DNA of 64,000 nt from assembly GCA_019306065.1 (NCBI GenBank), contig JAFDMF010000013.1, positions 12,324-76,323 of the forward strand, given 5' to 3'. Made by a program: the position numbers and the translations under genes. The notes beneath the pieces are model-generated. The model made no database searches and had not been told where the DNA came from. It saw only the letters and a program-made list of their open reading frames with translations. The DNA comes from Deltaproteobacteria bacterium (GTDB lineage: Bacteria; Desulfobacterota; Desulfobacteria; Desulfobacterales; JAFDMD01). How positions within the stretch are numbered: position 1 is the first letter of the stretch; the number at the start of each line of letters is the position of its first letter. This document shows positions 9,134 to 18,274 of this stretch, piece after piece.

Positions 9134-9364
9134 ATAACGCCAAAAGTTCGCAGAATATCAATTTATACGAAAGTCTTTTCTATTATATTTTTAATTGCCC
9201 GCGCCTCCTAACTTTTTCTCATAATCTATAGTTATCGGTTTGTAATTTTTTTTATTTTGATTTATAAAAAAATCTTATAAAAAAATACAGGCTGCATAAA
9301 CTCAAACGCAAAAACCGAAATAAAAAATTTTATCCGAAAATATTTTAAAAAAAAGAGGTATATT

Positions 9365-9541
9365 ATGGCATCTTCGGTTGAAGAACAGATTCTTAGAGCT
9401 TCAAAAGAAATAGCCGTAAAATTTATTGAAACAGGGCGTATTTCGCCTACCAATTTTACGGAGCATTTTGAAGTAATATATAATACGATTAACAAAACCG
9501 TTTTGCCGGACGGCAAAAAATTGGATTGTAATATCGAATAG
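9365..9541 (+). CDS. small hypothetical protein (58 aa, below ORF-track cutoff)
   Basis: Translation: MASSVEEQILRASKEIAVKFIETGRISPTNFTEHFEVIYNTINKTVLPDGKKLDCNIE. SD agagg lies 8 nt upstream. Preferred over the antisense track ORF 9262..9516. Confidence 0.4.
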   Translation: MASSVEEQILRASKEIAVKFIETGRISPTNFTEHFEVIYNTINKTVLPDGKKLDCNIE

Positions 9542-9580
9542 ATTGATTTTTTTAACTTTTATAAAAAGAGAGGAATAATA

Positions 9581-11716
9581 ATGAGCGCCCTTTTATTTGA
9601 AATAGGAACCGAAGAGATTCCCGCCGGTTATATAAAACCTGCGCTTGAAACTATGGCGTCTGATCTTATAAAAAGTATGGACGACGTTAGAATCGAGCAT
9701 GGAGATTATAAAGTCTATGCTACTCCGCGAAGACTCGGAATAATAGTAGATAATGTTTCGGCAAAACAGAAACCGCTTGTAACCGAATTAATAGGTCCTC
9801 CGGCTTCCGTAGGATTTGACGAAAAAGGCAAGCCTACGATTGCGGCTGAAAAATTTGCGGAAAAAGCGGGCATAAAAACGGATAAGATCAAAACGGTTAA
9901 TACTGCCAAAGGAGCATATCTTGCGGCGAAAATAACCGAAAAAGGCGGTTTATCCGTCAATATTTTCAAAAAGATACTTCCCGATCTTATTTATAAAATA
10001 CCTTTTCCGAAATCTATGAGATGGTCAGATATGAATATAGAATTTGCAAGACCTATCCAGTCTTTAACCGCTATGTTAGGCGGTGAGAAGATTCCTTTTT
10101 CCATAGAAGGAAGAATAGATTCGGATAGATATATATACGGGCATTTTTTTATGAAGCCTCAAAAAATTAAACTTGCGGATGCAAAGGATTATCCGGACGC
10201 CTTAAAATCGGCTTATGTTATGGCGGATATGAACGATAGAAAAAAATTGGTTTTAAAATCAATTCAAAAAGAAGCTAAAAGCGTAGGCGGCAAAATTATA
10301 GAAGATGAAGAACTTTTAGATATAGTTACAAATTTGGTAGAGATGCCTTTTCCCGTAGTAGGAAGTTTCGATAAAAAGTTTTTAACACTTCCTGACGAAA
10401 TACTTATAACCTCTATGCGCGAACATCAGAAATATTTTGCCGTAGTTGACGAAAAAGGCAAACTTATGCCGCATTTTATAGCGGTTAATAATACCAAAGC
10501 AAAAAATATGAAGCTTGTTGCAAACGGACACGAAAGAGTTATACGGGCTCGTTTGGAAGATGCAATCTTTTTTTATAACGCGGATTTAAATATAAAGAAT
10601 GAGACTCGAATTCAAAAACTTAAAAAGGTTTTATTTCAGGCAAAACTCGGCAGCATGTATGAAAAAACCGAAAGGGTTAAGCAGATCGCCGAATTTCTAT
10701 CCGATACTTTAAAAATTAATTCGGATTCAAAAAAATCTTTATTAAAAGCCGCGCAGTTATGTAAATCTGATTTGGTAAGTAATGTTGTGGGAGAATTTCC
10801 GAAACTTCAAGGAATTATGGGAAGGGTCTATGCAAAAGTTTCAAAAGAAAAGGCGCTTGCGGCAAATGCCATAGAGGAGCATTATATGCCGATATATTCG
10901 GGAGGAAAGCTTCCCAAATCAAAAGTCGGAGCTATCCTTGCAATAGCCGATAAAATCGATTCCATATCCGGAGTATTCGCAGCAGGACTTATACCTACAG
11001 GCGCATCCGATCCGTATTCTTTAAGAAGACAGGGAATTGGAATATTACAGATTATATTAGATAAAAAATTCTCATTTTCGTTGAAAAAACTGATAGCCGA
11101 AAGTTTAAGCAAATATAAAGGCGGACCGGAACTTGATACGAAAGAGCAAACTTTAGAAAAGATATATGCTTTTTTAATCGTTAGAATGGAAAATATTCTG
11201 ATTGAAAAAGGTTTATCCAAAGATGTTGTTTATGCGGTTACCTCCGCTGCAAGCGACGATATACTTGCAGTTTTTAATAGAACAAAAGCATTGGAAGATT
11301 TTAAATTAAAACCGGATTTTTCATCATTTGTGGAAACCTTCAAACGCGTGGCAAACATCATAAAAAAGGCGAATTCGGATAAAATACCGTCCGAAGTTGA
11401 CAAATCCTTATTTGAAAAAAAAGCGGAAGCGGATCTTTTTGACGCCTATAATAAAACCTTTGCAAAAACCGACAAAAATTTTAAAGCTGGAAATTATTCA
11501 AAAGGGCTTGCCGAAATATCCTTATTAAAGCCGAATATCGATTTTTTATTTGACAAAGTAATGGTGATGACTGATAAAAAAGGGTTGAAATTAAACAGAC
11601 TCGCTCTTTTAAAATCAATAGCCGTTCTATTTGAACGGGTAGGAGATTTCTCAAAACTAGAAAAATTTCATAATCAAAATATAAACAGAGGAAACGTCCA
11701 TTATCACAAAAAATAA
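9581..11716 (+). CDS. glyS: glycine--tRNA ligase beta subunit
   Basis: N-terminus LLFEIGTEEIPAGY and overall length are typical of GlyS. No glyQ lies upstream in this window. Confidence 0.9.
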   Translation: MSALLFEIGTEEIPAGYIKPALETMASDLIKSMDDVRIEHGDYKVYATPRRLGIIVDNVSAKQKPLVTELIGPPASVGFDEKGKPTIAAEKFAEKAGIKTDKIKTVNTAKGAYLAAKITEKGGLSVNIFKKILPDLIYKIPFPKSMRWSDMNIEFARPIQSLTAMLGGEKIPFSIEGRIDSDRYIYGHFFMKPQKIKLADAKDYPDALKSAYVMADMNDRKKLVLKSIQKEAKSVGGKIIEDEELLDIVTNLVEMPFPVVGSFDKKFLTLPDEILITSMREHQKYFAVVDEKGKLMPHFIAVNNTKAKNMKLVANGHERVIRARLEDAIFFYNADLNIKNETRIQKLKKVLFQAKLGSMYEKTERVKQIAEFLSDTLKINSDSKKSLLKAAQLCKSDLVSNVVGEFPKLQGIMGRVYAKVSKEKALAANAIEEHYMPIYSGGKLPKSKVGAILAIADKIDSISGVFAAGLIPTGASDPYSLRRQGIGILQIILDKKFSFSLKKLIAESLSKYKGGPELDTKEQTLEKIYAFLIVRMENILIEKGLSKDVVYAVTSAASDDILAVFNRTKALEDFKLKPDFSSFVETFKRVANIIKKANSDKIPSEVDKSLFEKKAEADLFDAYNKTFAKTDKNFKAGNYSKGLAEISLLKPNIDFLFDKVMVMTDKKGLKLNRLALLKSIAVLFERVGDFSKLEKFHNQNINRGNVHYHKK

Positions 11717-11868
11717 TAATGAAATTTTAGCGGATAATAAAATAACTTGTTCAAGGCGAATCAAAATTTTAACCGCGAGACTACTCATATATTTAGAGGA
11801 TTAAAATTTTGATCCAATGCAGAAATCGGGCAAATTGTAAAGTTATCTAACGAAATTTAAATAGAGGA
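11717..11868 (+). repeat. family-2 element, copy A, forming the hdrA 5' leader
   Basis: aatgaaattttagcggataa...atcaaaattttaacc...ggattaaaattttgat...gttatctaacgaaatttaaatagagg ends 12 nt before ATG 11881. Confidence 0.65.
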
Positions 11869-11880
11869 AATTAATTAATT

Positions 11881-14800
11881 ATGTCTAAAGATATAATAGG
11901 CTCCGTAGTAGTTGTAGGAGGCGGAATAGCCGGCATGCGTTCCGCTTTGGATTTGGCAAATTCCGGATATTATGTTTATCTTGTAGAAAAGTCTTCGTCA
12001 ATCGGCGGAGTAATGTCTCAACTTGACAAAACTTTTCCTACTAACGACTGCGCTATGTGAATTATCTCGCCTGTACTGGTCGAGGTCGGCCGGCATTTAA
12101 ACATAGAGTTATTAACTTTAAGCAAGATAAAAAACATAAAAGGAGAAGCGGGGAATTTTGACGTAGAAGTTATAAAAAAACCTAGATATGTAGATGAATC
12201 AAAATGCGTAGGCTGCGGATTATGCGCTGAAAAATGCCCAAAAAAAGTAACAGATACATACAACATGGGGCTTCAAAAAAGAAAAGCCATATATGTTGAG
12301 TATGCTCAGGCAGTCCCTTTAAAATATGCAATAGATGCAGATAATTGTATATATTTTCAAAAAGGGAAATGCGGAGCATGTAAAAAATTATGTCCTGCCG
12401 AAGCTATTGATTTCGAGCAAAAAGAAGAAACGATTACCATCAACGCAGGAGCGATTATATTTTCAAGCGGCTTTAATCCTTTGAATCCTGCCGATCTGGA
12501 TTTATATCAATATAATGACCGTCCCAATGTTATTACTTCTATGGAAATGGAAAGAATATTATCTGCATCTGGCCCTACAGGCGGGCATCTTGTAAGACTT
12601 TCGGACAAAAAAGAGCCTAAAAAAATAGCGTGGCTACAATGCGTAGGCTCAAGAGACATGAATAGATGCGGCAACCTTTATTGTTCCTCCGTATGTTGCA
12701 TGTATGCCATTAAAGAAGCGGTAATAGCAAAAGAGCACTCAGAAGAAGGGTTAGACTGCGCTATATTCTATATGGACATCAGAACCCCTGGCAAAGAATT
12801 TGAAAAATTCTATAATAATGCAAAGGAAAAAGAGGGCGTCCGCTTTATAAAAAGTAGAATCCATTCTATAGAACATGTGGTAAATACGGATGATCTTAAA
12901 GTTCGTTATTTGGATGAAGATAATAATCTGCAAGGCGAAATTTTTGATATGATCGTTTTGTCCGTAGGTATGGAGACGCCTAAAGATATTGTAAAACTTT
13001 CTCAAAAGCTTGGAATCGAACTTTCCAAAGGAAACTTTTGCAAAACTTCTACATTCAATCCTTTGGAAACATCTATTGAAGGCATATTGGTAAGCGGCGC
13101 GTTCGGCGGCCCAAAAGATATACCTCAATCGGTAGTATATGCTTCAGGAGCGGCTTGCGCTGCAGGCGAAATTTTAAATTCCGCGCGAAATACTCTTACC
13201 AAAACAGTCGAACCTGTTCCGGAAACAAATGTAATAGGCGAAAGACCCAGCATAGGGGTTTTTGTTTGCAAATGCGGCAGCAATATAGCCGGCGTAGTTG
13301 ATGTTAGCAAAGTTGTGGAATATGCGGCAAAACTTCCTTTTGTAGATTATGCGGCGGAAAATATCTATTCCTGCTCTCAGGATAATCAGGATGGTATGGC
13401 GCAGCTTATAAAGGAGAAAGGATTAAACAGAGTTGTAGTCGCAGCCTGCACCCCAAAAACTCATGAGCCTCTATTTCAGGAAACCCTTATATCCGCAGGT
13501 TTAAATAAATACCTATTTGAAATGGCAAATATAAGAAATCATAATTCTTGGGTTCATAAAGACAGTCCCGAACTTGCCACCCTAAAAGCTATGGACCTTG
13601 TTCGTATGGCGGTTGAAAAAATTTCTATTGCAAAACCGTTGTCCGAAGCGGAGCTTGAAGTAAATCAGAACGCAATGATTATAGGCGGCGGCGTAGCCGG
13701 AATAAGCGCGGCTTTAGGGCTTGCCAATCAGGGCTACGATACATATCTGATAGAGAAAAGCGGCGAGTTGGGCGGAGAAGCAAAAAAAATATTTAAAAGC
13801 GCAAATAACGAAAACATTCAAAAAGAGCTTTTATCTCTTATTGAGGCGGCTCAAAACAATAATAAGCTTCATATCAGGCTTAACAGCAGTATCGTAAATG
13901 TGGAGGGCTTTGTAGGAAACTTTAAAACCGTAATAGCTTCCGATAATAAAGAGGAAAGCATAGAACACGGCGTATCTGTAATAGCTACAGGCGGAACCGC
14001 TTTAAAGCCTACCGAATATCTATACGGAGAGGATAAAAGAATAATAACAAGCTTAGATCTTGATAAAAAATTTATTAATAACGATAACTCTTTAAAAGGT
14101 CTGAAATCTGCGGTTTTTATTCAATGCGTAGGATCAAGAGAGCCGAATCGCCCTTACTGTTCCGGAGTATGCTGCACGCATTCTATAACTAACGCATTAG
14201 AGCTTAAAAAAATAAACCCTGATATGAATATATTTATCCTATACAGAGATATAAGAACTTACGGAGAAAAAGAATATTTATATCATCAGGCAAGAGAAGC
14301 CGGAATTATCTTTATAAGATACCTTGCAAGCGACAAGCCGAATATTAAAATCGAAAACGGAAAAATTTCGGTGACCGTCCAGGACACCTCTTTAAATCAA
14401 TATCTTGAAATGGAAGCCGATCTTGTAACTCTTGCTTCCGCCATAGTTGCAAATAAAGATCAGAAGCTTGCGAAATTCTTTAAAATCCAGGTTAATGAAG
14501 ACGGATTTTATATAGAAAAACATGCAAAGTTAGGTCCCTGCGAGTTTGCTACGGACGGGGTATTTTTATGCGGTTTGGCTCATTATCCGAAACCCATAGA
14601 CGAATCTATAGCTCATGGCAAGGGAGCCGCCGCAAAAGCTTTAACCCTTCTTGCTAAAAAGAAAATACGCACGTCAGGAACAATAGCGGATGTCGAGCCT
14701 CTTAAATGCAGTTCTTGCGGAGTATGCGTTTCTATATGTCCTTATTCAGCGCCCTCTTTTATACCGGACGACGCAAGATTCTTTGCCGGAAAGGCTCAGA

Positions 14801-14931
14801 TTAACCCCGTATTATGCAAAGGATGCGGATTATGCGTGGCATCTTGCAGATCCGGCGCATTACGATTAAAAGGATTTGATAATGATCAGATATTTGCCCA
14901 AATAAACGCCGCATTTGAAGAGGCGGCATAA
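11881..14931 (+). CDS. hdrA: large tandem HdrA-like flavoprotein, selenocysteine-containing (UGA at 12058-12060)
   Basis: ATG 11881 gives [19 protein letters not shown]...[19 protein letters not shown], in frame with track ORF 12265..14931. A second GxGxxG ([15 protein letters not shown]) lies mid-protein. There are multiple Cys clusters and a C-terminal 2x[4Fe-4S] motif. Confidence 0.85.
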
Positions 14932-14975
14932 AAAAAAATTTTTGCGGGAAAAAATTAAATTAAAAGGAGAATAAT

Positions 14976-15404
14976 ATGTCTGACTGGGAGCCGAAAATTT
15001 TGGCTTTTTTATGTAACTGGTGCAGTTACGGCGCAGCGGATCTTGCGGGAGTAAGCAGAATGCAGTATCCTCCTAACTTTCGGATAATAAGAATACCTTG
15101 TACCGGACGAATGAGCCCTAAATTTATTTTGTCCGCTTTTAAGCAGGGGGTGGACGGGATATGGGTATCAGGCTGACATCCCGGAGAATGTCATTACCTG
15201 GAAGGTAATTATTATGCGCGTCGTAAATTTACTTTATTTAAAGGACTTTTGGAACATATAGGCATTGAAGAGGAACGGCTGCATTTTTCGTGGGTATCTT
15301 CGGCAGAATCCACCAAATTTATTAAAGTAGTAAATGAAGTAATTTCCTCGGTAAAAAGTTTAGGACCTAATCAAAGATTTATAAATAGAATTAAGGCAGC
15401 GTAA
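14976..15404 (+). CDS. mvhD: MvhD/FlxD-type [2Fe-2S] subunit, selenocysteine-containing (UGA at 15174-15176)
   Basis: Track ORF ends ...GIWVSG then UGA. The frame continues HPGECHYLEGNYYARRKF...WVSSAES to TAA at 15402. The UGA aligns with the Cys of the conserved SGCHxGxCHY motif. Confidence 0.85.
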
Positions 15405-16355
15405 ATGGTAGAATATATTAGTAAAATACAAAAAATATCAAAAAAAATACTCCAAGATGGCAAGGTTGATATAATAATAGGTTTTTCAAGCGGAAGCTTG
15501 CCTATGGCAAGCAGACCTTCTTTTATAAAAAGCCCCGAAGATGCAGACAAATTAATATTTGACGGCAATTGCGGAATCAATCTTGCAAATTATTTGGCAG
15601 GCAGAAAAGAGAAAATAGGTATAATAGCAAAAGGCTGCGATTCTAGAAACATAGCGCAGCTTATAGTTGAAAATAAAATAAAAAGAGAGCAACTTTTTAT
15701 TATAGGCGTTCCATGCTTTAAAATGATAGATAAAAGAAAAATCTCTCTGTTATTTGAAGATGAGATTACCCAAGTAACCGAAGTAGGCGATAAGGTTATA
15801 GTAAAAGGAAAAGCTAAAGAAAAAACATTTAACCGAGAAGATCTGTTGCAGGCAAACTGCATTACCTGCACACATCATAATCCAGTTATATATGACGAAT
15901 TGGCGGGCGAGCTAATAAAAGAGCCTGATCAAAAAGACGGGTATGAGGACGTTAAAAAAATAGAGGCTATGAGCTCGGATAAGCGCTGGAGCCATTTTAG
16001 CGAAATGTTATCCGCATGTATCAGATGTTATGCATGCAGAGATGCATGCCCTTTATGCTATTGCCCCACATGCTTTGTTGACGAAGCTGCGCCGCAATGG
16101 GTTGGAAAAAGCGCGGATAATCAAATAGACGTAAAAACGTTCCATATATTGCGGGCGTTCCACTGCGCGGGAAGGTGTACCGATTGCGGAGCATGCGAAA
16201 GAGCCTGTCCTATGAGTATAAAAGTAAGGGAATTTACAAGAAAACTCAATTCCGACGCTATGCGGCATTACGAATGGGAAGCGGGATTAACTACCGATAA
16301 ACGTCCCTTATTGGATAATTTTAGAGTAAACGACTATCAAGATTTTATAAAATAA
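15405..16355 (+). CDS. Fe-S cluster protein (FrhB/FlxC-like, 2x CxxCxxCxxxCP)
   Basis: Motifs CIRCYACRDACP and CTDCGACERACP. The start abuts the mvhD stop. Confidence 0.7.
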   Translation: MVEYISKIQKISKKILQDGKVDIIIGFSSGSLPMASRPSFIKSPEDADKLIFDGNCGINLANYLAGRKEKIGIIAKGCDSRNIAQLIVENKIKREQLFIIGVPCFKMIDKRKISLLFEDEITQVTEVGDKVIVKGKAKEKTFNREDLLQANCITCTHHNPVIYDELAGELIKEPDQKDGYEDVKKIEAMSSDKRWSHFSEMLSACIRCYACRDACPLCYCPTCFVDEAAPQWVGKSADNQIDVKTFHILRAFHCAGRCTDCGACERACPMSIKVREFTRKLNSDAMRHYEWEAGLTTDKRPLLDNFRVNDYQDFIK

Positions 16356-16370
16356 AAGGCAAAACCAATT

Positions 16371-17329
16371 ATGAAGCTCGTAAGTATAAATAAAGAACTT
16401 TTAAAAATTCGGATAAAATAGACATAAATAATCTGACGTTTTTAAATACCCGTCTTTCGCCCAAATCTTTAGTTTTTCCTCAAACCGAAAAAATGTTCTC
16501 TTATACTACCGATACAAACAGCGAAGACTGCAATATAATCAAACCTATAAATAAAAAAAATGTAAAACAGGCTATTCTCGGCATAAGACCATGCGACTCC
16601 GCATCTTTCGGAATAGTTGAAAAAAATTTTGATACCGAAGAGTATAAAGATCCCTTTTGGATAAATTCTTATAAGGCTACAACATTTATAGGGCTTGCAT
16701 GCGATAATCCGGATTCTACATGCTTTTGCACAACCGCAAATTCCGGTCCTTTTGACGAAAAAGGGCTTGATATACTTTTGATAACTTCAGGCGATTCCTT
16801 TATCGGCAAAATTCTTACCGAAAAAGGAGAGGAAGCCGCAAAGATTGCGGGCTGGACAACAGAAGCGCCCGCCAATTCTGTTTCGGCGATAGAAAAACAA
16901 AAAAAAGAGGCAGAATCTAAAATAAGCTCCTCTATTTCGACGGATAAAATAAAAAATAAAGATACGTTAGAACTATATAACGCATCTTTTTGGGAAGAAG
17001 AGGCGTTTGCCTGTATCAACTGCGGAACATGCGCTTATGTATGTCCGACATGCTGGTGTTTCGACATACAGGATGAAATTTCCGATAAAAAAGGAATCCG
17101 TATGAGAAACTGGGATAGCTGCATGTTTCCCCTTTTTACTCTGCACGGTTCCGGGCATAACCCCAGAGATTTAAAATATCAGAGAGTCCGACAAAGATTT
17201 ATGCACAAGCTTAAATATTATCAGGATAAATATAAAAGCGGAATCCAATGCGTAGGATGCGGTCGATGCATACGTCTTTGCCCTGTAAATATAGATATAC
17301 GCAGCATATGCGATATAATGAATTCGTAA
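16371..17329 (+). CDS. AsrA / sulfhydrogenase-beta-like 4Fe-4S protein, apparently frameshifted near its 5' end
   Basis: Has SPKSLVFPQTEKMF, GIRPCD, CINCGTCAYVCPTC and CVGCGRCIRLCP. The conserved N-terminal region (16394-16492) has no start codon. ATG 16371 is in another frame and stops at 16419 after the A-run. Confidence 0.65.
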
Positions 17330-17392
17330 TAACAATTAGAAACAAAATAAAAAAGATCAGATATAATAAAACAATTAAGATGGAGTACAAAA

Positions 17393-18238
17393 GTGCAGAA
17401 TCCATATTTACCATACCCTGTTCGTATAGACGACATAGTAACCGAAACAGAAGATAAAAACTTAAAAACATTTAAATTCGTATTTATAAACCCCGAAGAG
17501 GAAAAAAAATTTTCTTATAAAGCAGGTCAATTTGCGGAACTTTCTGTTACGGGAAAAGGGGAGATACCCATAGGAATAGCCTCTTCTCCTACGGAAAAAG
17601 GATTCGTAAAATTTACGGTTAATAAAGTAGGACTTATTACAACCCATCTCCATTCTATGAAAAAAGGGGATATCATGGGAATTCGAGGTCCTTTGGGCAA
17701 TTATTACCCATGGGAGCTTCTCGAAGGAAAAAATATTGTTATAATAGGCGGAGGATTCGCTTTTACAACCCTTAGATCCTCCATAATATATATGCTTGAG
17801 CCCTCAAACCGAGACAAGTTTAAAGAGATTAATGTAGTATATGGCGCAAGAGTCCCCGGTATGCTTTTATACAAAGACGAGCTTAGCGCGTGGAAAAAGC
17901 GGGATGATATTAATATGCACATAACCGTAGATTCTACCGATGATCCGAATTGGAAATATAACGTAGGATTTGTTCCCGCCATAGTAGGCGAAAAAGTTCC
18001 CAAAGGAAACAAAGATACTTATGCCATAGTATGCGGGCCTCCGGCTATGATTAAATTTACCCAGCCCGTATTAGACCAGCTCGGTTACAGCCACGACAAC
18101 ATAATAATGTCTTTGGAAAATAGAATGAAATGCGGAATTGGAATGTGCGGCAGATGCAACATAGGCGAAAAATTCGTATGCAAAGACGGACCCGTATTTA
18201 CCCTTTCTCAGCTTAATAAAATGCCGAAAGAGTATTAA
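17393..18238 (+). CDS. FAD/NAD(P)-binding oxidoreductase with C-terminal [2Fe-2S] (AsrB / sulfhydrogenase-gamma / FlxA-like)
   Basis: Ferredoxin-reductase-like layout with a CGIGMCGRCNIG...CKDGPVF tail. GTG start preceded by ggag. Confidence 0.75.
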   Translation: MQNPYLPYPVRIDDIVTETEDKNLKTFKFVFINPEEEKKFSYKAGQFAELSVTGKGEIPIGIASSPTEKGFVKFTVNKVGLITTHLHSMKKGDIMGIRGPLGNYYPWELLEGKNIVIIGGGFAFTTLRSSIIYMLEPSNRDKFKEINVVYGARVPGMLLYKDELSAWKKRDDINMHITVDSTDDPNWKYNVGFVPAIVGEKVPKGNKDTYAIVCGPPAMIKFTQPVLDQLGYSHDNIIMSLENRMKCGIGMCGRCNIGEKFVCKDGPVFTLSQLNKMPKEY

Positions 18239-18274
18239 TATGTCATATAGAGTAAAAGTTATTAGAGATATTTT

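Noticed and set aside
9262-9516. Minus-strand track ORF of 84 aa.
   Set aside because: The opposite strand carries a 58-aa ORF with an AGAGG SD and a more protein-like sequence. The minus ORF is hydrophobic and low-complexity, with no SD.
12265-12267. ATG 12265 as the hdrA start, and treating 11881-12057 as a separate small ORF.
   Set aside because: The upstream 128 codons are in frame, carry the FAD-binding motif and are interrupted only by the UGA at the conserved Cys position.
17248-17457. ORF 17248..17457+ bridging the end of the AsrA-like gene and the start of the oxidoreductase.
   Set aside because: It overlaps both well-supported genes out of frame and its product is Arg/Lys-rich nonsense.
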